Shown here in pieces: positions 1-8,124 of a stretch of DNA of 64,000 nt. The notes beneath the pieces are model-generated. The model was not told the DNA's origin and searched no databases. It worked only from the letters and a program-made list of their open reading frames with translations. The stretch comes from Patescibacteria group bacterium. GTDB lineage: Bacteria; Patescibacteriota; Minisyncoccia; Moranbacterales; JAKLHP01. Both the position numbers and the translations under genes were made by a program. The number at the start of each line of letters is the position of its first letter. The first letter of the stretch is position 1. Location: NCBI GenBank assembly GCA_043803385.1, contig JAZDKA010000009.1, forward strand, positions 3,092-67,091, read 5' to 3'.

Positions 1-722
1 CAAGATCAAACGCGGCTACTTATACGGGAATTTTTTCCCATATCAGAGATATTTTTTCCAGCCTCGAAGAATCAAAAAACAGGGGATACAGCGCCAGCCG
101 ATTCAGCTTTAATATGAAAGGCGGAAGATGCGAAGTATGTCAGGGAGACGGAAAGAAGAAAATTGAAATGTATCTGATGCCGGATATGTATGTGAAGTGC
201 GAAGGATGCGAGGGAACAAGGTATAACAAAAAAACTTTAGAAGTTGAGTTTAAAGGATTTAATATTGCCCAAATTTTAAATATGGATGTGAGTTTTGCTC
301 TTAGATTTTTTGCCAGCTACCCTTTGATCATTGAGAAACTTCGCACAATGGAAGAAGTGGGATTGGGATACTTAAAACTGGGGCAAAGCGCGACTGATTT
401 ATCCGGAGGAGAAGCGCAAAGAATAAAACTGGCGACTGAACTTGCCAGAAAATCAACCGGAAAAACATTGTATATTTTAGACGAACCGACAATCGGACTT
501 CATTTTGAAGATATTAAACGATTGCTAAAAGTGCTGGATACTCTCGTTGAAAAAGGAAATTCAGTTGTGGTTGTCGAGCACAATATAGATGTAATAAAAA
601 ATTCCGACTGGGTAGTCGAACTTGGGCCGGACGGAGGAGAAAAAGGAGGAGAAATCATTTACGAAGGAGCTCCTGACAAGATGAAAAAATGCAAAAAGAG
701 CTGGACGGCGAAGTATTTGTAA
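1..722 (+). CDS. uvrA: Excinuclease ABC subunit A, C-terminal portion; 5' end lies outside the window
   Basis: Frame 3 is open from nt 3. It reads ...TYTGIFSHIRDIF...SRFSFN.KGGRCEVCQGDG (UvrA zinc-finger/ABC signature), then LSGGEAQRIKLA (ABC signature) and ILDEPTIGLH (Walker B). Confidence 0.9.
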   Translation, partial: RSNAATYTGIFSHIRDIFSSLEESKNRGYSASRFSFNMKGGRCEVCQGDGKKKIEMYLMPDMYVKCEGCEGTRYNKKTLEVEFKGFNIAQILNMDVSFALRFFASYPLIIEKLRTMEEVGLGYLKLGQSATDLSGGEAQRIKLATELARKSTGKTLYILDEPTIGLHFEDIKRLLKVLDTLVEKGNSVVVVEHNIDVIKNSDWVVELGPDGGEKGGEIIYEGAPDKMKKCKKSWTAKYL

Positions 723-771
723 AAGTTGAAAGTTCATAAAGTTTTTAAAGTTCGTAAAGGTTGTGTTTTTA

Positions 772-1260
772 TTAGAAAAATACAAGTATTGAAATAGAAG
801 CTAAAAATATTATTATTTCATAAGTTTCGTTTTTTAGATTCCATTGGCGTTCTGGGGAAAATCGGGGAAGATGATGGCACCAGGAATGAAATTTGTATAA
901 TTTTTCAAAAAACTTCCAGCGGAATTTCCAATAGATGAAGGTAAATAGGTCAGGAAGCATTGAGAAAAACATTCCAATAAAGATATTTCTGACAGTTATC
1001 GCATCGAATTTATTAAAGTGGATTATAAGTAAAATTATTGCCAAGCCGATCGAAAAATCCAAAACAACTTTCCACCAAGTATTTTTAAAAGCTACTTTGC
1101 TGTCAAAAGTCTCAACATATTCCCCATGCCTTATCAAATCCAGTAAATAATGAAAGACAAGCGATAACATTGCGATAATCCAAGGATTTTCAATATTTTT
1201 TCCGATAACTGCTCCGACGAGAGCGTGAGTGGTAAGAATCATAATTAAAATATTATCCAA
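772..1260 (-). CDS. Membrane protein, YdjM/DUF457-like putative membrane-bound metal-dependent hydrolase
   Basis: N-terminal LTTHALVGAVIGK motif and several TM helices. Paralogous to the ORF at 39743..40192. Confidence 0.4.
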   Translation of the reverse strand: MDNILIMILTTHALVGAVIGKNIENPWIIAMLSLVFHYLLDLIRHGEYVETFDSKVAFKNTWWKVVLDFSIGLAIILLIIHFNKFDAITVRNIFIGMFFSMLPDLFTFIYWKFRWKFFEKLYKFHSWCHHLPRFSPERQWNLKNETYEIIIFLASISILVFF

Positions 1261-1328
1261 TTAATGAATTAGCGAATTAACGGATTGTTTTAAACTCGTT
1301 AATGCATTAACCCTTTAATTCATAATTT

Positions 1329-2003
1329 ATGAATAATTTCGGTATTTTATACATCGTCGCTACTCCCATAGGAAATCTTGAGGATATTACTCTCCGTGCT
1401 TTAAAAACCCTTAAAAGTGTTGATTTTATTGCCTGCGAAGACACAAGAGTGGCGAATAAGCTTCTTAATCATTATAGCATACGAAAGACACTGATATCAT
1501 ACCATCAGCATAGCGAGCTTAAAAAAATCGATTTGATTGTGAATAAGCTAAAAGAAGGAAAAAATATTGCGCTTATCACTGATGCCGGAACGCCGGGAAT
1601 TTCAGATCCGGGAAATATTCTGATTGCCGAAGCAATAAAAAATAACATTGAAATCCATCCAATTCCCGGCCCGTCTGCCTTGGCGGCAATGATTAGCGTG
1701 GCTGGAATCGATCTTCAGAAATTTTTGTTTTTTGGATTCCCTCCGCACAAGAAAGGGCGAGAAACATTTTTTAAAGAAACCATTAATTCCGAATACCCGG
1801 TTGTCTATTATGAATCTCCGCATCGTTTTATGAAAAATTTGGAACTTTTGAAACTTCTGGGAACCGATAAGCGTATTATTATAGGCAGGGAACTCACCAA
1901 AATTTTTGAGCAGGAAGTAAGAGGCGATGTCAATGAAGTCTTGCTCTATTTCAAGGAAAATGAAGATAAAATCAAAGGCGAATTTGTGGTAATTGTTTAT
2001 TAA
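1329..2003 (+). CDS. rsmI: 16S rRNA (cytidine1402-2'-O)-methyltransferase
   Basis: GILYIVATPIGNLEDITLRALKTL...ACEDTR tetrapyrrole-methylase-fold signature of RsmI. Confidence 0.9.
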   Translation: MNNFGILYIVATPIGNLEDITLRALKTLKSVDFIACEDTRVANKLLNHYSIRKTLISYHQHSELKKIDLIVNKLKEGKNIALITDAGTPGISDPGNILIAEAIKNNIEIHPIPGPSALAAMISVAGIDLQKFLFFGFPPHKKGRETFFKETINSEYPVVYYESPHRFMKNLELLKLLGTDKRIIIGRELTKIFEQEVRGDVNEVLLYFKENEDKIKGEFVVIVY

Positions 2004-2011
2004 CTAAAAGA

Positions 2012-3193
2012 TTGATAGAATATAAATATATGAAAATAGGAATTGATGCGAGAACAATTTTAAATCCTGAAAAAGGGGAAGATATCGGATCAGGGCACTA
2101 TACTTATCAGCTGATAAAGAATCTTTTGGAATTGGACACAGAGAATGAATACGTGCTGTTTTTTGATTTTCACGTTAGGGAAAAGGACATCAAAAAATTT
2201 ACCAAGCCCAATGTTAAGATAAAATTCTATCCGTTTTCAGACTACAAGAAATATCTTCCGGGAGCTTATAGTGAAATTCTCGGAACGGCTACTCTTTCCA
2301 GGGAAAAGCTAGACATTCTTCACTCGACTTCTCCGCACAGCCGCATCCCTCTGGGATACAGAGGAAAGTGCATAGTTACTTTCAATGATCTTGCTATGTA
2401 TAAAGTTCCTCATTGCTATCCAAAAATAAAAGTTGCCAAGGACAAAGCAGTATATAAGCTGATGGCGGGAAAAGCTGAAAAAATCATTGCCGTTTCGAAT
2501 TCAATAAAAAATGACATAGTCGATATTTTTAAAGTTCCTTCGGAGAAAATTTCAGTTGTGTATAGTGGATTGGATAAAAGATTTTTTTCCGAGCCCAATG
2601 GAAATATCCAAAAAATTCTGGAAAAATTCGGAATAACGAAAAAATATATCCTTTTTCTCGGGACTCTGTGTCCGTCAAAAAACATTACCGGGCTTTTGGA
2701 ATCTTTCGTTCTATTTAAGGAAAAAATCAAGAAAGAAAGCATGTCCTTTAACTACCAGCTGGTTTTGGGAGGGAAAAGAGGATGGCTATCAAAGGAATAT
2801 GCCCAGCAAGTCAAAGATTTTGGCCTTTCTAAAGACGTTATTTTTACCGGGTATGTCGTAGGCGACGAAGTGGTTGCGCTTTTCAAGAATGCCCAATTTT
2901 TTGTGATGCCGTCGCTGTATGAAGGCTTTGGAACCACCGTACTTGAAGCTTTTGCTACCGGAACTCCGGCTATTGTTTCCAAAGTTTCTTCCATTCCGGA
3001 AATTACGGGGGATTCCGCCTATTTCGTCGATCCGATGAATAAACAGGAAATTTCTGAAGCGATGTATAAATTTTCCCAAGATGAAAATCTCCGGAATGGA
3101 TATAAAATGAAAGGATTAGAACAGGCGAAAAAATTCGATTGGCAAAAAACCGCCAAAGAAACGCTGGAGATTTATAAAAGCATAATTCACTAA
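2012..3193 (+). CDS. Glycosyltransferase family 4
   Basis: KIGIDARTI N-terminus and C-terminal EGFGTTVLEAFATGTPAIVS GT-B donor-binding motif. Confidence 0.8.
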   Translation: MIEYKYMKIGIDARTILNPEKGEDIGSGHYTYQLIKNLLELDTENEYVLFFDFHVREKDIKKFTKPNVKIKFYPFSDYKKYLPGAYSEILGTATLSREKLDILHSTSPHSRIPLGYRGKCIVTFNDLAMYKVPHCYPKIKVAKDKAVYKLMAGKAEKIIAVSNSIKNDIVDIFKVPSEKISVVYSGLDKRFFSEPNGNIQKILEKFGITKKYILFLGTLCPSKNITGLLESFVLFKEKIKKESMSFNYQLVLGGKRGWLSKEYAQQVKDFGLSKDVIFTGYVVGDEVVALFKNAQFFVMPSLYEGFGTTVLEAFATGTPAIVSKVSSIPEITGDSAYFVDPMNKQEISEAMYKFSQDENLRNGYKMKGLEQAKKFDWQKTAKETLEIYKSIIH

Positions 3194-3243
3194 TCCTGCG
3201 AATTATTATTTGCGAGCATTCGCGAAGTAATTAGTGTTGATTA

Positions 3244-6200
3244 GTGATTTTTATTATCATGTTTAAAAAAATCGATCCAAAAATGAAATTTCCCGAGGTG
3301 GAAAAAGAGATACTGAAGTTTTGGGAAGAAAACAAGATATTTGAAAAGTCAGTTGAAAAAAATCCTGAGGACAACTCTTTTATATTTTACGAAGGTCCGC
3401 CAACGGCTAATGGTGTGCCGGGGCTTCACCATGTCTTAGCCCGGGCTTTTAAAGATATTATTCCAAGATACAAGACCATGAAAGGCTATCGAGTGGAAAG
3501 AAAAGCCGGTTGGGATACTCACGGGCTTCCGGTTGAAATCCAAGTCGAGAAAGAATTAGGAATCCATCAAAAATCCGAAATTGAAAATATTGTTCCGGGA
3601 AATCCAAGAGAAAGCATCATTGAGTTTAACAAGAAATGTAAAGAATCAGTTTGGAAATTTAAGGATTTATGGGAACAAATGACTAGAAGGATGGGATATT
3701 GGGTGGATATGGAACATCCTTATATTACTTATGAAAATAAATACATTGAATCGGTCTGGTGGGTGATAGCACAAATTGCCAAGCTAAAAACAGAAAAAGG
3801 CGAACCGGTTTTATATCAAGGGCATAAAGTTATTCCCTATTGTTACCGATGCGGAACAGCGCTTTCTTCGCATGAAGTCGCGCAAGGATACCAGAAAGTG
3901 AAAGACAATTCAGTTTTTGTAAAATTTCATTTAAAACTTGGACAAAAGTGGGCGGGGGAAAAATACGAGACAAAAGAATCAGTCTATGCGCTTGTCTGGA
4001 CAACTACGCCGTGGACATTGCCTGGCAATGTTGCATTAGCAGTTAATGAAAACATTTCTTATACCGCATTAAGAATAAATGGCATAAAAGAGCTGATAAT
4101 CTTAGCTAGTGATCAAGTTAAGAATATTCTAAGCGATAAAGATATTGAAATTATTCATAATGATATCAAGGGGAAAGATTTATTGGGTCTTGAATATGAA
4201 CCGCTTTATAAAACTAATAATACTGATAAAAAAGCTTATTATGTAATTTCCGGAGATTTTATCACCACTCAAGAAGGAACGAGCATTGTCCATATTGCTC
4301 CGGCTTTTGGGGAGGATGATTCTAATGTTGGTAGGGAAAACGATTTGCCAACACTTTCTACTGTTGATATTGAGGGAAAAATAATTAAAGGAATGAATAT
4401 TCCTGGAGAAGGTATTCCCGTAAAGAAAAAAAATGACAAAAATAAATATGAAGTTGATAATTTAATCATTGAAGATTTAAAGAATAGAAAATTATTATTC
4501 AAAGAAGAACTTTATGAGCATGATTATCCTTTCTGCTGGAGATGTGATACCCCTCTCATTTATTATGCCAAACCGTCGTGGTTTGTCCGAATGAGCGCAT
4601 TCAGAGAAATACTCGAAAAAAATAATCAAAATATAAATTGGATTCCGGAATATATCAAAGAAGGAAGATTTGGCGAGTGGCTTCGCGATGCCAAAGACTG
4701 GGCGATTTCAAGAGACCGATATTGGGGAACCCCGCTTCCGATTTGGAAATGTAAAGAATGCGGGAAAATAAAAGTTGTTGAATCAGTCGATGAAATAAAA
4801 GAACAGCTGGGAAATCCGAATAAATTATTTTTAATCCGCCACGGAGAAGCGGAGAATAATATTGAGGAAATTATTAGTTGTTTCCCCGAAAAAATCGATT
4901 ATCATCTTACTCCGAAAGGAAAAGAACAAATTAAAACAGTAGCTGAGCAATTTAGAAGTGTAAAGATTTCTGCTATATATTCCTCTCCACTTAAGCGCGC
5001 ACAAGAAACAGCCGAGATTATTTCCCAGATTACTGGAGCTGAAGTTATTATTGATGATCGTATCAGGGAGATGGATCTTAACGGGTTAAATGGAATAAAA
5101 ACAGATGATTTCAGAAAAATATATCTAAATGAAATACTTAATTTGAATACCGATGAACATGGAGTAGAAGGTTATAATCAGGCAGCAGAAAGATTAAAAT
5201 CATTTGTTAGCAATATAAACGAAAAATATCAAAGTGAGAATATAATAATTATATCACATGGAAATCCGCTGAAAGTTTTAGAAGGAATATGCAATGGCAA
5301 GAAAATAGAAGAATTAAAAAATGATACATATCTTGGAAAAGGAGAAATTAGAACCGTATATTCCAAATTATTTGATTTGCATAAACCATATATTGATGAA
5401 ATAACTTTCAAATGCGAATGCGGAGGAGAAATGAAAAGAGAATCGGAAGTGATGGATGTTTGGTTTGATTCCGGCTCAATGCCGACCGCCCAATTCCATT
5501 ATCCATTTGGCGCATCAAAAGAAGACAAGGAAAAAATCGAAAGTGGTAAATTCTATCCGGCGGATTTTATTTCCGAAGCGATTGATCAGACTAGAGGATG
5601 GTTTTACACTCTGCATGCAATTTCTACCCTCTTAAATGCGAACAAAAAAGTTCCGACCGGGCTTGCCTTTAAAAATGTAATTTGTTTGGGTCATGTTCTT
5701 GACGCACAAGGAAAGAAAATGAGCAAATCCAAAGGGAATATTATTGATCCGATGGAAGTGATGGATAAATACGGAGCCGATATACTCCGCTGGATGTTAT
5801 ACACGATAAATCAGCCCGGACTTCCTAAAAGATTTGATATCAAGAAAATGAACGAAATCATGAATCGGGTTTTCCGAATGCTTTGGAATTCGTATTCGTT
5901 TTTTGTGATGTATGCGAATATAGATAAATTCAAGCCAGTGAACAGTGAACAGGGAACAGGGAACAGTAAAAATTTATTAGACAAGTGGATTTTGTCAGAG
6001 CTTCAGGTTTTAATAAAAAATGTTGACGAAAAATTAAATAAATATGATATTTATAATGCTGGAAATTTAATCGAAAAATTCATTGATAATCTTTCCAACT
6101 GGTATATCCGCCGAAGCAGAAAGAGATTCTGGAAAAGCGAGAATGACGCAGATAAAAATGAAGCCTATCAAACTTTGCATTATGTCCTAGTTGAACTTTC

Positions 6201-6957
6201 AAAATTAATGGCGCCGTTTACGCCGTTTATCTCCGAAGAGATTTATCGAAATCTAGTTGCCCCTCACCCCAACCCTCTCCCAGAGGGAGAGGGGGGTGTT
6301 GTGTCTGTACATCTAGCTGATTTTCCCAAAGCGGATGAAAGCTTGATTGATGAGAAATTGAATGGGGAAATGAAATTGGTTCGCAACATAGTAACTCAAA
6401 ATCTAGAAGTGCGTGCAGCATCAAGAATAAAAGTTCGTCAGCCGCTAAATACGTTATTGATTTCTGGATATGAATTTAATAAAAATTTATTGGAAATTAT
6501 TTCTAATGAAGTAAATGTAAAAAAATGTGTTGTATCAGATGAGTCTGGCATTGAAGACGCAGAGAAAAAGGGATATATAAAGAGAGTTTTCTTTGATGAA
6601 TCTATCCAACAAGGAAAAAGATATTCTATTCAGGAGCCAATTAAACCAAGTCAGGCAGGCGTTAGGTTAAGCACTGCTTTAGACACCGAAATTACCGAAG
6701 ACCTGAAGCTTGAAGGGCAAGCTCGGGAAATTATTCGCCATATCCAGGAAATGCGGAAAGAAGCAGGCTTTGAAGTTGACAACCGGATAAAAATAGGATA
6801 TATTGGAATGTCTAAGGTTTTTGATAAATTTAGTTCCTTGATAACCAAAGAAACTTTGGCTGAAAATATGGATCTTGAAATTATAGAAGAATGTGATCTT
6901 AAGAAAGAATTTAAGATCGATGGAGAAAAATTAGAACTAAGTATCAAAAAAATATAA
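3244..6957 (+). CDS. ileS: Isoleucyl-tRNA synthetase carrying an inserted histidine-phosphatase (PGAM-like) domain and a 20-aa palindromic mini-insertion
   Basis: HIGH-like PTANGVPGLHHV, TTTPWTLP editing motif, CWRC zinc knuckle, KMSKS. Residues ~528-715 (LFLIRHGE...IIISHGNPL) match histidine-phosphatase branch-1 motifs. They lie between the WKCKEC and FKCECG cysteine pairs. Confidence 0.9.
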   Translation: MIFIIMFKKIDPKMKFPEVEKEILKFWEENKIFEKSVEKNPEDNSFIFYEGPPTANGVPGLHHVLARAFKDIIPRYKTMKGYRVERKAGWDTHGLPVEIQVEKELGIHQKSEIENIVPGNPRESIIEFNKKCKESVWKFKDLWEQMTRRMGYWVDMEHPYITYENKYIESVWWVIAQIAKLKTEKGEPVLYQGHKVIPYCYRCGTALSSHEVAQGYQKVKDNSVFVKFHLKLGQKWAGEKYETKESVYALVWTTTPWTLPGNVALAVNENISYTALRINGIKELIILASDQVKNILSDKDIEIIHNDIKGKDLLGLEYEPLYKTNNTDKKAYYVISGDFITTQEGTSIVHIAPAFGEDDSNVGRENDLPTLSTVDIEGKIIKGMNIPGEGIPVKKKNDKNKYEVDNLIIEDLKNRKLLFKEELYEHDYPFCWRCDTPLIYYAKPSWFVRMSAFREILEKNNQNINWIPEYIKEGRFGEWLRDAKDWAISRDRYWGTPLPIWKCKECGKIKVVESVDEIKEQLGNPNKLFLIRHGEAENNIEEIISCFPEKIDYHLTPKGKEQIKTVAEQFRSVKISAIYSSPLKRAQETAEIISQITGAEVIIDDRIREMDLNGLNGIKTDDFRKIYLNEILNLNTDEHGVEGYNQAAERLKSFVSNINEKYQSENIIIISHGNPLKVLEGICNGKKIEELKNDTYLGKGEIRTVYSKLFDLHKPYIDEITFKCECGGEMKRESEVMDVWFDSGSMPTAQFHYPFGASKEDKEKIESGKFYPADFISEAIDQTRGWFYTLHAISTLLNANKKVPTGLAFKNVICLGHVLDAQGKKMSKSKGNIIDPMEVMDKYGADILRWMLYTINQPGLPKRFDIKKMNEIMNRVFRMLWNSYSFFVMYANIDKFKPVNSEQGTGNSKNLLDKWILSELQVLIKNVDEKLNKYDIYNAGNLIEKFIDNLSNWYIRRSRKRFWKSENDADKNEAYQTLHYVLVELSKLMAPFTPFISEEIYRNLVAPHPNPLPEGEGGVVSVHLADFPKADESLIDEKLNGEMKLVRNIVTQNLEVRAASRIKVRQPLNTLLISGYEFNKNLLEIISNEVNVKKCVVSDESGIEDAEKKGYIKRVFFDESIQQGKRYSIQEPIKPSQAGVRLSTALDTEITEDLKLEGQAREIIRHIQEMRKEAGFEVDNRIKIGYIGMSKVFDKFSSLITKETLAENMDLEIIEECDLKKEFKIDGEKLELSIKKI

Positions 6958-6968
6958 AGGGGGTATTT

Positions 6969-7139
6969 ATGACAGTATATATCTGGGGATCATTGTTTGC
7001 GGGAGTACTTTTCATATCGTTGCTCTTTAAAACCTTTGGATTGAAGTGCCCAAAATGCAAGAGCAGCAATGTGAAATACATTGCAGGCAGAAATGTTATT
7101 CACTGCAACAAATGCAGAAAAGCATATTATGCAAATTAA
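6969..7139 (+). CDS. Small membrane-anchored zinc-ribbon protein (56 aa). Not in the ORF track (below its size cutoff)
   Basis: AAGGGGG SD 6 nt upstream of the ATG. One TM helix then CPKC...CNKC. Paralog of the next gene. Confidence 0.5.
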   Translation: MTVYIWGSLFAGVLFISLLFKTFGLKCPKCKSSNVKYIAGRNVIHCNKCRKAYYAN

Positions 7140-7149
7140 GGAGGTTAAG

Positions 7150-7311
7150 ATGAACTTTTGGTCAAGTCAGTTGTTTAATCTACTGGTAGGTATAATCGTA
7201 TTTGCTATAGGAATTTTTGGCATTTGCAAGCCGCATGAGTGTCCCAAATGCGGAAAACATATACTTTTCCATAATCCGTGGAAGAGACACGAATGTGCGC
7301 CGGGAGGATAA
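7150..7311 (+). CDS. Small membrane-anchored zinc-ribbon protein (paralog of 6969..7139)
   Basis: AAGGAGG SD, TM helix, CPKC...HEC. The track ORF 7081 starts at TTG; ATG 7150 with the SD is the likelier start. Confidence 0.55.
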   Translation: MNFWSSQLFNLLVGIIVFAIGIFGICKPHECPKCGKHILFHNPWKRHECAPGG

Positions 7312-7321
7312 GAGTTTTCAT

Positions 7322-7355
7322 GCCCAACCTTAGAAGTTTCAAGGTTGGGCGTTTT
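7322..7355 (+). terminator. Rho-independent terminator
   Basis: GCCCAACCTT-loop-AAGGTTGGGC followed by GTTTT. Confidence 0.7.
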
Positions 7356-7371
7356 AATTTATAATGAATAT

Positions 7372-8088
7372 ATGGACTACAAATATACAGGCATAATTTT
7401 GAATAAGAAAGACGTTGGCGAAACCGACCGGATTTATACTATTTATACTTTAGAATCCGGAAAAATCATGGTTTTGGCCAAAAGCGTCCGCAAAGCCAAT
7501 GCAAAACTAGCCGGATTTCTGGAAAACTTTACTTTGGCGGAAATCTTTATTGCCAAGAGCCAGGGAATGGGAAAGATTACCGGTTCTCTGGTAATCAACA
7601 ATTTTCCCAAAATGCGGGAAAATCTTGAAGCGGTCGGAAGTGTTTTTAAATCTACGGAACTTTTGAATAAACTGATCAAGGACGAAAACGATGACCCAAA
7701 AATATTCGAGCTTCTCAAGGAATACCTCGAAACAATGAATAATCTGGATAGCCAGGAAGATAATTTCAAATTGGAAATAATTTCTTTGGGTTTTATTTTC
7801 AAGCTTCTTGAAGAATTGGGATATAAAATAGAAGCGAATAATTGCTTGGAATGCGGGGAGAAAATAAAAGAAGGGAACAACTTTTTCGATCCGGAGCAGG
7901 GCGGGATATTGTGCGGAAAATGTTATCCGAACATCAGAAAAGGCATTAAAATAAACTCCAATTCAATAAAAATATTAAGGATTTTTTTCCAAAACAGCCT
8001 AAAGTCTCTTCTTAAACTCAAAGCTGACAAAAAAGATATCGATAACTTGAAAATCGTAAAACAAGAATTCTTGCGTTGGGTAGAGTAG
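7372..8088 (+). CDS. recO: DNA repair protein RecO
   Basis: YKYTGIIL...E.DRI OB-fold N-terminus. C-terminal CLECG...CGKC zinc finger. Likely start is ATG 7372 (track ORF begins at TTG 7345 inside the terminator). Confidence 0.75.
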   Translation: MDYKYTGIILNKKDVGETDRIYTIYTLESGKIMVLAKSVRKANAKLAGFLENFTLAEIFIAKSQGMGKITGSLVINNFPKMRENLEAVGSVFKSTELLNKLIKDENDDPKIFELLKEYLETMNNLDSQEDNFKLEIISLGFIFKLLEELGYKIEANNCLECGEKIKEGNNFFDPEQGGILCGKCYPNIRKGIKINSNSIKILRIFFQNSLKSLLKLKADKKDIDNLKIVKQEFLRWVE

Positions 8089-8124
8089 TTTGTTTTAAAT
8101 GGCTGTTTTTGGTAAAATAGACTT

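Noticed and set aside
4825-5400. Possibility that the ileS insert is an intein
   Set aside because: No Cys/Ser/Thr at the N-junction with conserved block A, no terminal HN + Cys/Ser/Thr, no LAGLIDADG/HNH motifs. Instead clear RHG/SHG histidine-phosphatase motifs.
6227-6424. Reverse-strand 65-aa ORF inside ileS
   Set aside because: Created by the GC-rich palindromic mini-insertion. Antisense to a well-supported essential gene.
7081-7311. 76-aa ORF starting at TTG 7081
   Set aside because: The upstream part overlaps the preceding small gene in another frame. ATG 7150 has a perfect SD, so the shorter ORF is preferred.
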